A stretch of 64,000 bases of DNA from an uncultured Lishizhenia sp. GTDB taxonomy: Bacteria > Bacteroidota > Bacteroidia > Flavobacteriales_D > Crocinitomicaceae. The notes below the pieces were generated by a model, which worked only from the letters and a program-made list of their open reading frames with translations, was not told where the DNA came from and made no database searches. The DNA lies in the NCBI GenBank assembly GCA_964590425.1, contig CAZPWB010000003.1, positions 5,605 through 69,604 of the forward strand, in the 5' to 3' direction. The translations under genes were made by a program, and so were the position numbers. Shown here piece after piece: positions 37,460 to 46,485 of this stretch. The first letter of the stretch is position 1. Each line of letters begins with the position of its first letter.

Positions 37460-40400
37460 TTATCTGATCAGGGTGATGTTACCAGTGAATTTTTTGGTAG
37501 CGCCAGTATCGTAAGTGACATCACAGATGTAAGCATAAACACCGCTATTGCAAGGTTTTCCTTTGTATGTTCCATCCCATTTGAAGAGCTTATTACCAGA
37601 TTCATAGACGAGATTACCCCAGCGATCAAAAACTTTAAAATTCAATTCTTGAATGTCTTTACCTGCAATGACCTGATAAACCTCATTCAGGTTGTTTCCG
37701 ACGCCATTCGGTGAAAACGCGGTTGGGAAATAAATGCCAATTGCACATTCAGGGCTACTGCCATCCGGATCACAAGGGTCAAGAGGGTTGCTGCCGTTGG
37801 TAACCTCAGCTCCGTCATTGATGCCATCTCCATCAGTATCTGGATTGGTTGGGTTGGTACCTAGAACGCCTTCTTGCGCGTCAGTGAGCCCATCAAAATC
37901 AGTATCTATCTGACAACCTGGTAAGGTGTCGTCTGGGTCGCAAGGATTTAGTGGGTCGGAACCATTGACAACTTCTTGACCATCATTTTGACCATCGCCA
38001 TCGGTATCAGGATTTGTTGGGTTGGTACCTACACCGCTTTCTTGTGTATTAGTTAGGCCATCGCCATCTTGATCACAAGGGCCCGCATTAAGGTTTGGAA
38101 TACATGGATCTGTGTTATTTGGATCGAGTTCGTCCATGACGCCATCGCCATCTGTGTCAATTATGGAGGACTCAAGGGCATCTATGATGCCGTCACCATC
38201 TGTGTCAGTGGGCGCGCCAACGTTTCCAATTTCAGCACAGTCATTTTCGCCGTCGCCATCGGTATCTGGGTTAATCGGGCTCGTACCCAAGAGGTTTTCA
38301 TCGACATTTAAGCAACCATCGCCATCTACATCTGGAATATCTGGGACAAATACAGCCACAATGGTTTCCGGTCCGTTAATTGTAATTGCATTGTTAGCAG
38401 TAGTTGGAGGAAGTGCCAATGGCCCAGTAGTGACAGTCCAATGGCTAAACATAAAACCTGGTGCAGGTGTTGGGGATAGCAAGGTTTGGATGCCTCCAAA
38501 ATATTCAGTAACCCACGGATAGCTTGGCGGATCCACAGAGTTGACTTGGATCGTTCCTGCTCCTGCCGGCGTTACGTCAAATGTCACGGGAAAAGGGCCA
38601 GTCAACTGATAGCAATCAATAAGACCTTGCTCAAGGGCAAGACAACGCTGATTAATAAAGTTGCGCAATTGGGTAACTCGGGACTGCCACCCCGCATAAC
38701 TGCCTCCCCATTTGGCGCAGTGAGCTGTCATTTCAGGATCTATTTCATTGACCATGCTGTCTAGCAAGGCCAACATACTGGCACAACTAAATGAAGTATT
38801 GATCAGATCGATGTAACGCGTGATGTAATACTGCTCAACAACTGGGTTCTCATTAATCAATTTTTCGAGGATATCAGTATGGCCTTGCCCACCTGGATTT
38901 GGGAGGTTTTCAGCATTACAAGGGTCGGCATTTGCTGAAGCGTCTGGAATACCGGTGAAATTGATATAATGACCAAAAGTAGCATCCATATCCCAAAGTA
39001 CGTATCCCCACTTTTTGTGATCACCATTGATATCAAGGCCTCTCCACCATGCTGTATTCCAATTTAACCAATCCTGGTTAACTGTGTAAGAATTGATCAT
39101 GAAATAATCCGCTAATGATTTCCAACTGAAAAGCGAGTCAACATAATTGAAGTTCGCAGGATTACCCATATTATTGGTCAAGATATAATTCTTGAGATTA
39201 TTCCAGGCCGGAAGCGCATTTGGTGCACCATATTCTTGCCAAGTTCCGCCCCATGTTTTGAGGTAATGCATATTGAACTTATCTTGTTCGTAGTAATAAT
39301 CGGCATAATCATGGTCGTCGGCCTTTTCTCTGATTTCATAGACTCCCCAATAATTTCCATTTAGGTAAACAACAGCTGGGCGCCATGTTCGCTCATCAAG
39401 CCGCATGTCGGCGCGGATTGATAAGGTGTGAATAAACGCATCACGGATATGTGCTCCTTGTTCAAATGGATAGTTGTCACTTGCTCCTGGCTTTAAGATG
39501 ACGCGTTGAAAAGCATCTCGGTCTTTTTCAGGGAAAATTTCGTGTTCGAGGTCACCATTGTGTCCATATTGATCTCGGCAGATGAAATCAAAGCCTCTTT
39601 GTGGATATGCCCACGAATCATTGCCATGCTTGTTGAAATCACCTTCACTTTCATCGATAAATGTACCGTCTTGTTCAAAAAGTTCAAATGAACCAATACG
39701 ATTTGGTGGGTTTTGGCTACCATTTGCCACCAAAGTAAATACCCCTTGCGAACAAACTGATACAACAGGAACTGTATGGTTTACATTGATAAAATAGGTG
39801 TTTGTTTCTGTAAAGGAAGATAAAGTGGCGCCAAATGCTGTTGCGCGAAGCACTTTGGTACTTGGGATATTTACTGGGCCTGAATAGGCAGTTGAGGTAG
39901 GCGTTGGGTCAGAGCCATCTAGGGTGTAACGTATAGTGGCTGTGGGGTCAGCACAAGTGATGGTGACACTTTGGGCACCAGCATAAAAACCTGGGGCCAA
40001 ACTGAAAACTGGCTTTGGCGGATAAAAATCAACCGCTCCGGCATTATTGGCATTTGGTGTCGGGGTGGTAAATAGCTTAAAATCGTTAGCACCATTTGAA
40101 GAACGCCCAACAGAGTGATTAGCCTTGGTGAAATGAACTATTTTAAAGGAGTCTACAACCACTGCAGAAGGATTTGACAAAATAATCCAATCACCTTCGG
40201 TCTGGGATAAATTAAAGTTAGGGTGATACTGTGTGCCGTTTACGGTATTTCTTTTAGAGCAAAACACCATTCTAAAACCATTAGCGTTAATAGACCCACT
40301 TGGTATTTGCCATTTAGTTAGGTTATTGGCTTTATCCGATAAAAACCAGCCCGTAAGATCTACTGCTGCTGCGCTAGAATTGTATAATTCTATCCAGTCT

Positions 40401-40534
40401 TCTCGCTCGCCATAAGCATCAACAATGCCGGTTATATTCGAACAAGAATATTCGTTAATGACAACCTGAGCAATGGTACGAAAAGAGGTGCTCGAAATAA
40501 AGAAAAAAAGTATGGAGAGTAGTAAGTGTTTCAT
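37460..40534 (-). CDS. lamin-tail-domain / CotH kinase-like / thrombospondin type 3 repeat protein with T9SS type B C-terminal domain
   Basis: 1024 aa. LTD: VINEYSCSN...REDWIELYN...LTGWFLSD. CotH-like: [19 protein letters not shown]. Many DTDGDG Ca-binding repeats. C-terminal [14 protein letters not shown]...[11 protein letters not shown]...KWDGTYKG. Confidence 0.8.
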   Translation of the reverse strand: MKHLLLSILFFFISSTSFRTIAQVVINEYSCSNITGIVDAYGEREDWIELYNSSAAAVDLTGWFLSDKANNLTKWQIPSGSINANGFRMVFCSKRNTVNGTQYHPNFNLSQTEGDWIILSNPSAVVVDSFKIVHFTKANHSVGRSSNGANDFKLFTTPTPNANNAGAVDFYPPKPVFSLAPGFYAGAQSVTITCADPTATIRYTLDGSDPTPTSTAYSGPVNIPSTKVLRATAFGATLSSFTETNTYFINVNHTVPVVSVCSQGVFTLVANGSQNPPNRIGSFELFEQDGTFIDESEGDFNKHGNDSWAYPQRGFDFICRDQYGHNGDLEHEIFPEKDRDAFQRVILKPGASDNYPFEQGAHIRDAFIHTLSIRADMRLDERTWRPAVVYLNGNYWGVYEIREKADDHDYADYYYEQDKFNMHYLKTWGGTWQEYGAPNALPAWNNLKNYILTNNMGNPANFNYVDSLFSWKSLADYFMINSYTVNQDWLNWNTAWWRGLDINGDHKKWGYVLWDMDATFGHYINFTGIPDASANADPCNAENLPNPGGQGHTDILEKLINENPVVEQYYITRYIDLINTSFSCASMLALLDSMVNEIDPEMTAHCAKWGGSYAGWQSRVTQLRNFINQRCLALEQGLIDCYQLTGPFPVTFDVTPAGAGTIQVNSVDPPSYPWVTEYFGGIQTLLSPTPAPGFMFSHWTVTTGPLALPPTTANNAITINGPETIVAVFVPDIPDVDGDGCLNVDENLLGTSPINPDTDGDGENDCAEIGNVGAPTDTDGDGIIDALESSIIDTDGDGVMDELDPNNTDPCIPNLNAGPCDQDGDGLTNTQESGVGTNPTNPDTDGDGQNDGQEVVNGSDPLNPCDPDDTLPGCQIDTDFDGLTDAQEGVLGTNPTNPDTDGDGINDGAEVTNGSNPLDPCDPDGSSPECAIGIYFPTAFSPNGVGNNLNEVYQVIAGKDIQELNFKVFDRWGNLVYESGNKLFKWDGTYKGKPCNSGVYAYICDVTYDTGATKKFTGNITLIR
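37739..38335 (-). repeat. in-frame thrombospondin type 3-like (DxDxDG) repeat region, including two tandem 168-nt (56-aa) units at 37739..37906 and 37907..38074
   Basis: The two units are [56 protein letters not shown] and [59 protein letters not shown] similarity is visible (...tttgttgggttggtacc / ...ttggttgggttggtacc). Confidence 0.85.
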
Positions 40535-40649
40535 TAATGCGAGTTTAGCTCTGTAATATTACTGAAATATCAATTTTTATCCAAACAAGCAGACGTAAGT
40601 TCGCGCGAAAAGTTGTTTTTTTCTTAACATTGTCAAAAAAAACAATTCA

Positions 40650-41081
40650 ATGAAAAAAATTAGCTTCTTTACGTTACTCATTAGTACTCTAGTTATCCTT
40701 TCCGCTTGTAAAAAATATGAAGGCGTTGGAGGTCGAAGCCAAATAGTTGGCAAAGTAACCGTCAATGAAAAACTTTACATCGACGGGATACTCTCTCAAA
40801 CTGTTAGCTATCCAGGTTCTACAGAAGACGTTTATATCGTATACGGGACACAAGACAGCATTTTTGACGATAAAACAGAGTGTAATTACGACGGTAAGTT
40901 TAGCTTTATCAACTTGTTTCCTGGTACTTACACTGTTTTCACTTATCACGAAGTTTTCAATACTGGCAATAATGTGACCAACAACGATGACGACTATTAC
41001 ACTAGAGTTCCTGTCAAATTTACAATTAATGTGGGCAAGAATGAAGTCATCGACTTAGGTGAAATTATTGTGACCCGATAA
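40650..41081 (+). CDS. small lipoprotein (carboxypeptidase-regulatory-like fold suspected)
   Basis: MKKISFFTLLISTLVILSAC lipobox. DGKFSFINLFPGTYTV motif. Confidence 0.55.
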   Translation: MKKISFFTLLISTLVILSACKKYEGVGGRSQIVGKVTVNEKLYIDGILSQTVSYPGSTEDVYIVYGTQDSIFDDKTECNYDGKFSFINLFPGTYTVFTYHEVFNTGNNVTNNDDDYYTRVPVKFTINVGKNEVIDLGEIIVTR

Positions 41082-41083
41082 CT

Positions 41084-41791
41084 ATGCGTTATTCACTTCT
41101 TTTCGGCTTGCTGCCATTTTTGGGTTTTTCACAAAACAATACTGTTTTCCAATCGTGGAATGAACTTGGCTTGAGTTATAAAATTAACAAAAAACAAAGT
41201 TTGGGCCTTGATCTTACTACTCGATTTGATGCAGCAGGGCTTCAGACCATATTTCCGCAGGTTTCTTATAAATACAAAATCAATAAGTACCTCAAACCTT
41301 CTCTTGACTACCGCCTAATTGGCTCCAAAGATGATTTTGGAAACTTCACGATCCAACATCGCTTGAATGCAAATTTACAATTAGCTCACCAAATCAATCG
41401 GTTAGAACTAGCTTTCAGAATGCGTTATCAGTTTTCAACTAATCGGTCACAAACTGATTTTGGTTCAGAGTTCAATAATGCTATTCGCTTCAGACCAAGT
41501 ATTGCCTACAAACCTGAGCATTCAAAATTTACACCTCAAGCTAGTATGGAACTCTTTTACAACCCCATGGATGGCCAAATGGGTTATCATTTGAGCCGAA
41601 TTCGTTGGAATGTTGGAGTAGCAATTGACTTAAACGACGCCAGTGAACTTGAAATTGCCTACATCTATGATCAAAGGATTCATAACCCCGGAGCTCTGAA
41701 CAGAGCAATTTTGAATTTGAGTTATGGCTATGCCTTGGAGGCAAACACTAAAAAAGACAAGCACAAACAGAGAAACCCACATTTTTTGTAA
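41084..41791 (+). CDS. DUF2490-like outer-membrane protein
   Basis: 235 aa with a signal peptide. Alternating beta-strand pattern (WNELGLSYKINKK...LDYRLIG...). Start lies 2 nt after the preceding stop. Confidence 0.6.
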   Translation: MRYSLLFGLLPFLGFSQNNTVFQSWNELGLSYKINKKQSLGLDLTTRFDAAGLQTIFPQVSYKYKINKYLKPSLDYRLIGSKDDFGNFTIQHRLNANLQLAHQINRLELAFRMRYQFSTNRSQTDFGSEFNNAIRFRPSIAYKPEHSKFTPQASMELFYNPMDGQMGYHLSRIRWNVGVAIDLNDASELEIAYIYDQRIHNPGALNRAILNLSYGYALEANTKKDKHKQRNPHFL

Positions 41792-41806
41792 GGGAAACTT
41801 GACAAA

Positions 41807-43384
41807 TCAATCTTGATAAGCGTCAGCAGCTAAGCGATCAATTACAATCTGAATATTTGCTGCTTTTTTCAGTTGCCTAGATTGCAAAGCAGTCTGCGTA
41901 AAATATTGATGCTGATTGAGGAACTTAATCTGAATTTCATCCCACTCTTTTCTAGAACTTATTTTACCCATCTCGGTAAGTTCTCTTCTTAAATTATCTG
42001 CAATCATTTCAAAGTCATCTCGGCCCAAGTAATCGAGGTCAGCATCACAGATAATTTCTTGTAATTTATTGATTGGTTTGTGCGGTATTTCCGTGGCGTG
42101 AATGAGCTCCACTATTGTTTTCACGTGTTGATCTGTATAACCGTATTTCGGCAATATATCTTGCGCCATTCTTGCGCCGATACTTTCATTGTGGTCATAT
42201 TTTTCAATAAAACCGGCATCGTGGAAAATAGCTGCAGTTTTCAAAAGGAATAGCCCTTCATCGGTGACACCTTCAAGTAAAGCAATGCGTTCTACGGACT
42301 TCACAACGTCTTTAGTGTGCTTGATAGAATGATAATGTAACCCCTCGGGTAAGTTTTTTTCCAAGATGTTCATCACGTGGTGCTCAGCCTTGTAGTATTT
42401 GATTGAGCTGTAGTGATGTAGTTTCTTGATCTCTTCAAACCGCGAATTTGGAATGAGCCCCTCCCCATTGACTGAAAGTTCAGGTTTGATCCGTTGAACA
42501 ACATACATGTCTACTTTAGTGCGAGACTTTGTGAGTGCTTTGCCCTTGTAATCACATTCAAAATAAGGTTCGATGTGCTGAAATGTATTACCGGTAATGG
42601 TGACTTTCCCTGGCTCGCCAAGCATTTCCATACGCTGTGCTAAGTTCACTGAAGAACCCCAAACATCATAGGCCAAACGGATATTACCGATAATCCCGGC
42701 TATGACAGGCCCAGTATTGATGCCAAGCCTAATTTCCCAGTAATCTTCGTGGTCAGCAATGGCTTCGTATTTGAGTTTGTCCATAAATGCCTGAATTTGT
42801 AGCGCAGCACAACAAGCATCTATGGGGTTCGTAGAGTTCTCAACCGGAACACCTCCCGCACACATGTAGGCATCTCCAATGGTTTTGATTTTTTCTAGGT
42901 TATTGGCCTGAATGATTTCATCGAACTTTTGGAAGAGGACGTCCAATTTTGAGACAATGCGGCTTGGGGCCATTGACTCAGAGATACGGGTAAAACCTAC
43001 GACATCGGTAAACATGATGGAAACCTGTTTAAAGGCCTGGGCTTTTACTTTTCCATTGCGCTTTAACTCAATTACAACCTGAGAAGGCAACGTATTGAGC
43101 AGCCATTGTTCCGTTTTATCTTTTTCTATTTGCAGTAAAGATTGCTGCTCGAGTACTTTATTTTTTTCCTCCTCAAGCAATCTTTTTTGCTCTTCAATTT
43201 TTGTCTTTTGTAACCTAATTTCTTTGGTTCTTTCGGCAATTTTAACTTCTAGCCTTACTTGATTTCTTCGGTTTGACTCGATGCGGCGCCTGATAAATAC
43301 CAATATTAAAATCAGGAGCACAAATAAAAAGAGCCCTGAAAGCCACCAAGATTTAAAAATAAAAAGAAAGAGCAAGGCGCTCAT
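41807..43384 (-). CDS. membrane-anchored class III adenylyl cyclase fused to an HD phosphohydrolase domain
   Basis: 525 aa. TM aa 1-30 and a coiled coil. Cyclase motifs MFTDVVGFT, KTIGDAYM, GINTGPVIAGIIG, YDVWGSSVNLAQRME. HD motifs HSIKH...IFHDAGF...CDADLDYLGRDD. Confidence 0.85.
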   Translation of the reverse strand: MSALLFLFIFKSWWLSGLFLFVLLILILVFIRRRIESNRRNQVRLEVKIAERTKEIRLQKTKIEEQKRLLEEEKNKVLEQQSLLQIEKDKTEQWLLNTLPSQVVIELKRNGKVKAQAFKQVSIMFTDVVGFTRISESMAPSRIVSKLDVLFQKFDEIIQANNLEKIKTIGDAYMCAGGVPVENSTNPIDACCAALQIQAFMDKLKYEAIADHEDYWEIRLGINTGPVIAGIIGNIRLAYDVWGSSVNLAQRMEMLGEPGKVTITGNTFQHIEPYFECDYKGKALTKSRTKVDMYVVQRIKPELSVNGEGLIPNSRFEEIKKLHHYSSIKYYKAEHHVMNILEKNLPEGLHYHSIKHTKDVVKSVERIALLEGVTDEGLFLLKTAAIFHDAGFIEKYDHNESIGARMAQDILPKYGYTDQHVKTIVELIHATEIPHKPINKLQEIICDADLDYLGRDDFEMIADNLRRELTEMGKISSRKEWDEIQIKFLNQHQYFTQTALQSRQLKKAANIQIVIDRLAADAYQD

Positions 43385-43902
43385 TAGGCTTTTGGATCTG
43401 TTGTCTCAGTCTTGGCAGTCATTTGCTCAAGGTCACGATCAAATAGATATAGACCGCCGCTCTCATTTCCAATCAGTTTAAGTTTATCAAGTATCCCTCT
43501 GGCCAGAGCTTCTTCTTCGAGTTGTTCGGCAACATACCATTGTACAAAATTGTGCGTAGTGTAATCTTTCTCTTGAAGGCAAATATCCACTAAATGATTA
43601 ATTGACGCAGTCACTGTTAATTCATGCTCTAGTAATAATTCAAATACTGAACGTAGATTTTCAAAAGCAAGTGGGGGTTGTTCAATAGATGGAATAATAG
43701 CAGTTCCACCGCGCTCATTAACAAACTTGATGAGTTTTAACATGTGAAATCGCTCTTCATCTGTGTGTAAATACATGAACTTAGATGTGCCATTCAGACC
43801 ATTGTTTTCAGCCCAAGATGCCATTGCCAAATAATATTGTGAAGAACTTGCTTCTTTTTTGATTTGCTCATTCAAAGCTGCTTCTACCCTAGGATTCATC
43901 AT
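43384..43902 (-). CDS. ftnA: non-heme ferritin
   Basis: 172 aa. LNEQIKKEASSSQYYLAMASW ... TDEERFHMLK ... EHELTVT ferroxidase-centre pattern. Confidence 0.9.
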   Translation of the reverse strand: MMNPRVEAALNEQIKKEASSSQYYLAMASWAENNGLNGTSKFMYLHTDEERFHMLKLIKFVNERGGTAIIPSIEQPPLAFENLRSVFELLLEHELTVTASINHLVDICLQEKDYTTHNFVQWYVAEQLEEEALARGILDKLKLIGNESGGLYLFDRDLEQMTAKTETTDPKA

Positions 43903-43916
43903 AATTAGATTTTTAT

Positions 43917-43924
43917 CAAAAATA
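43917..43924 (-). promoter_or_regulatory. TAnnTTTG -7 box (TATTTTTG) upstream of ferritin
   Basis: Plus strand caaaaata, 14 nt upstream of ATG 43902. Confidence 0.4.
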
Positions 43925-44078
43925 CATAGTCTTTGACAAAATCAGATTCACTTTTGCTAAAATCTAAAAAACAACTCACCAATGGCAGTAGAAAAGAAAC
44001 TTCATTCAGAAAAATCACTCCAGCTGAACTGATTTGAATATCAGAACTCACATGAGTCTAACTTAGTAATTATGCGAA

Positions 44079-44109
44079 AGTGCTCTGACTTCGGAGGAAG
44101 CAGAGCACT
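44079..44109 (-). other. strong hairpin without U-tract in the largest intergenic region
   Basis: AGTGCTCTG a CTTC ggag GAAG CAGAGCACT: 13 bp with one bulge, about 50 nt downstream of the stop at 44161. Confidence 0.35.
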
Positions 44110-44160
44110 ATCACCAAACACAACTTATGAAAAGCGTGTGAAAACCTTATGAATTTTTAA

Positions 44161-45375
44161 TTAGTAGTAACGACCAGGGCTAGTTGTTTTGTTGATAGGT
44201 TGCTTGCTCTTTTGGACATTAAAGCCCATATTGATACCAACATAACCACCACCTCGTTGTGAACTATAGAATAAGTTAACAGGAATATTCAAGGCGCCAG
44301 CCTGGAAGGTTCTACCAAAGGCAATCAAGAAAGTTGTTGCCAAGGCCTTAGAACCTCTTCTGTCAAAGTTCTTTTCGAAGGCGTAGTCATATCCTGGCGC
44401 GTATGGGTCATGCTGTGGGGCTCCTGGGTTATTGCTGTTCTCGTTGTTTGCATAATTAAACCAATCTGATTTAGAAAAATAACGGCCATCATCTGAGTAT
44501 TTATTCTGGTCATCAAAAAAGCCTTCTGATGTGGAAGAGATGCCAAAGCGTGGGCCAAAGGCAAATTCCCAATTGGCCTTGCCAAATCGGAACCCGTTTA
44601 ACAAAGAAATAGAGGGCACAAACTGTCCTTGCTCGAGACCAGAAACATTGATGATACCTTCTACTAGGGCTGAGAAATTTTCAGTACCTACATACTGGCC
44701 TTCAATTTGGTAGCCAATCATAGAGGTAAACGGCTGAATACCCAAGCCGCCATATTTTGTTTCGCGCGTTGCAAACTCATTTACTGTTCCTGTTAAGTAA
44801 GCAAAACCAATTCTAGGGCCAGAGTTGTTTACTTTACCAATATTGTTTGAAGTAATAATTTCATTTTTAAAGGCCAAACGATCAGTAATGACTTTGTCAA
44901 CGGTGAGGCCGTGCATGTCAGCTAATACGATTTCAATCATGCGCTGAATTTCGGCTTCTTGGTTGTCAAACTCTCGGACAGAAGACTTGTAGAGTGCTTG
45001 ATTTTTAACATCAATGATTTTAATGGTAATGACAATTTTATTGCCAAGACCATCGATGCTTCCAGACATCACGTAGTCTACTTTTAATTCTTCTCCTAGT
45101 TTGGTGAGGCAGCTTTGGCCATAACAGCCTGTTTTGTACTCTTCTTTTGCTTTAATGACCTCGTTCATGTCAAACTCATCATAAACCTTGTATTTATTGA
45201 TTTTAATCAATTCTAGGCGCATCATTTTTGCAGCCGCTTCGGGTTTAATTGTTAGGGTATTGACATTAGGGTTTGCAACAGCAATAGTTGCATTAGGTTG
45301 CGCCAAACAAATTGTGTTCAAACCAAAAAGAATGGCGACCAATAAAAGTGCTGAATGTAATTTTTTTGTTTTCAT
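44161..45375 (-). CDS. hypothetical exported protein: N-terminal CxxxxC-containing periplasmic-type domain plus Gly/aromatic-rich C-terminal half
   Basis: Signal peptide from ATG 45375 (MKTKKLHSALLLVAILFGLNTICLAQ). GCYGQSCLTKLGEELKVDYVMSGSI motif. No family recognised with confidence. Confidence 0.5.
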   Translation of the reverse strand: MKTKKLHSALLLVAILFGLNTICLAQPNATIAVANPNVNTLTIKPEAAAKMMRLELIKINKYKVYDEFDMNEVIKAKEEYKTGCYGQSCLTKLGEELKVDYVMSGSIDGLGNKIVITIKIIDVKNQALYKSSVREFDNQEAEIQRMIEIVLADMHGLTVDKVITDRLAFKNEIITSNNIGKVNNSGPRIGFAYLTGTVNEFATRETKYGGLGIQPFTSMIGYQIEGQYVGTENFSALVEGIINVSGLEQGQFVPSISLLNGFRFGKANWEFAFGPRFGISSTSEGFFDDQNKYSDDGRYFSKSDWFNYANNENSNNPGAPQHDPYAPGYDYAFEKNFDRRGSKALATTFLIAFGRTFQAGALNIPVNLFYSSQRGGGYVGINMGFNVQKSKQPINKTTSPGRYY

Positions 45376-45469
45376 AGTATACATTTTGGTCTCACAAAGG
45401 AAGAACAAAATATACGGGGCAGAAAACTGAATTACGTAGCTAAAAAGCGTTGAGTTGCATTTTTCGCAA

Positions 45470-46483
45470 CTATGAATGAAACTCTAGGTCTGCTTCTATC
45501 TTTTTTCGAAACAAACCAATGGTGCGCTCAAACTCTGCAAAAAAATTACGGCGTTCTTTTTCATTCACCTCTGAGATAAGGCTTGAATTAGCCAGTTGTT
45601 TATCAATGACTTGCTTTGCATCTTGAACATATTGAGCATCTGTAGTTTGCAAATAGTTCATGATGTTATGACTTAAAAACAAGCCTTGCTTATCTTTGCT
45701 TTCGTAATAAAAAGCAGAGTCGGCATTAATTGTTTCGTTGAAATACATTTCAAATCGATTACCGGTGGCCGGAATCTGGGTGCCGTAAATGAACTTTTTG
45801 CCGTGATCCGCTTGCTCGCGCAAATGCGCAGAAAACATCAAGAGGCGATCACAGAGAAATAAGGCGTATTGTGGATCTTCAAACTGATTCGATTTATAGT
45901 AATATAGAATTTGTCGAAGGTACCCACGCATAAGTTCGGGGTCAAAAATTTCTACTGAATGGATGGTGTTATAGGCTTGCAGGATCGATTTCCCTAACTC
46001 AAATGCCCTTTCAGTAGTTTTTTCGTGTTTGAATAAAACGTCTTTGTAATCAGGAATTTGCAGGTGTGTCTTGGCCCAAAAAAACAACTTAAAACGCACC
46101 AACTGCGGGAAATTCAACAACTGAAAAAAGTGTGTGTTGTTGATGGTCAGCATGATTTTTGGATCCTCGAGGTGCTTAAGTCTTTCAAAAGCATCTAAGA
46201 TACCTTCAAGATAGGATTCAAGTGAAAAATCATATGCATTAAGGGGCGTATACCTAAAAATGACATTGCTTTTTTGCTGCTGAATGAGCGCATCAAAAGA
46301 GATGTCAAAACTTTTGCAAAGTCTTTTGATTTCATCGATTGTTAGAGCAGTTTCGTTGCGCATACGACGATATGCGGCATCCATACTGATATGTAGGGTC
46401 TCACTCAGGACATGCCCCAAGGCATCTCCGGGAGCCAACTTAGACTTGATTAATTGAAAGAGTTGATCCTGTGTGCTTTCCAT
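45470..46483 (-). CDS. helix-turn-helix regulator with ~270-aa helical C-terminal domain
   Basis: N-terminal LSETLHISMDAAYRRMRNETALTIDEIKRLCKSF looks like an HTH. Start lies 2 nt after the upstream ORF stop. Confidence 0.5.
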   Translation of the reverse strand: MESTQDQLFQLIKSKLAPGDALGHVLSETLHISMDAAYRRMRNETALTIDEIKRLCKSFDISFDALIQQQKSNVIFRYTPLNAYDFSLESYLEGILDAFERLKHLEDPKIMLTINNTHFFQLLNFPQLVRFKLFFWAKTHLQIPDYKDVLFKHEKTTERAFELGKSILQAYNTIHSVEIFDPELMRGYLRQILYYYKSNQFEDPQYALFLCDRLLMFSAHLREQADHGKKFIYGTQIPATGNRFEMYFNETINADSAFYYESKDKQGLFLSHNIMNYLQTTDAQYVQDAKQVIDKQLANSSLISEVNEKERRNFFAEFERTIGLFRKKIEADLEFHS

Positions 46484-46485
46484 TT

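Noticed and set aside
37739-38335. Checked whether the repetitive DNA could be a CRISPR array or non-coding tandem repeat.
   Set aside because: The repeats are in frame within a continuous 1024-codon ORF and encode DxDxDG calcium-binding repeats. There is no repeat-spacer architecture.
40601-40645. Inverted repeat TTGTTTTTTT...AAAAAAAACAA upstream of the 40650 lipoprotein gene.
   Set aside because: The stem is purely A/T and of low stability, in an AT-rich promoter region. It is not convincing as a structured element.
41807-43384. Considered whether the cyclase could be a Pycsar/CBASS-like anti-phage nucleotide cyclase.
   Set aside because: No cNMP-binding, TIR, TM-effector or other effector gene is adjacent. 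The protein has a Lys/Asp adenine-specifying pair and a signalling-type architecture (TM, coiled coil, HD). Its neighbours are ferritin and DUF2490, and there are no mobile-element hallmarks.
43903-43930. Possible Fur box over the ferritin promoter (GATAAAAATCTAATTATGA).
   Set aside because: Only about 9 of 19 positions match the classical GATAATGATAATCATTATC consensus by hand alignment. That is indistinguishable from AT-rich promoter background.
44072-44152. A 26-codon ORF (MRKCSDFGGSRALSPNTTYEKRVKTL) on the plus strand of the largest intergenic region.
   Set aside because: It is very short with no promoter box or conservation evidence, and its sequence is dominated by the hairpin arms. It is more likely non-coding.
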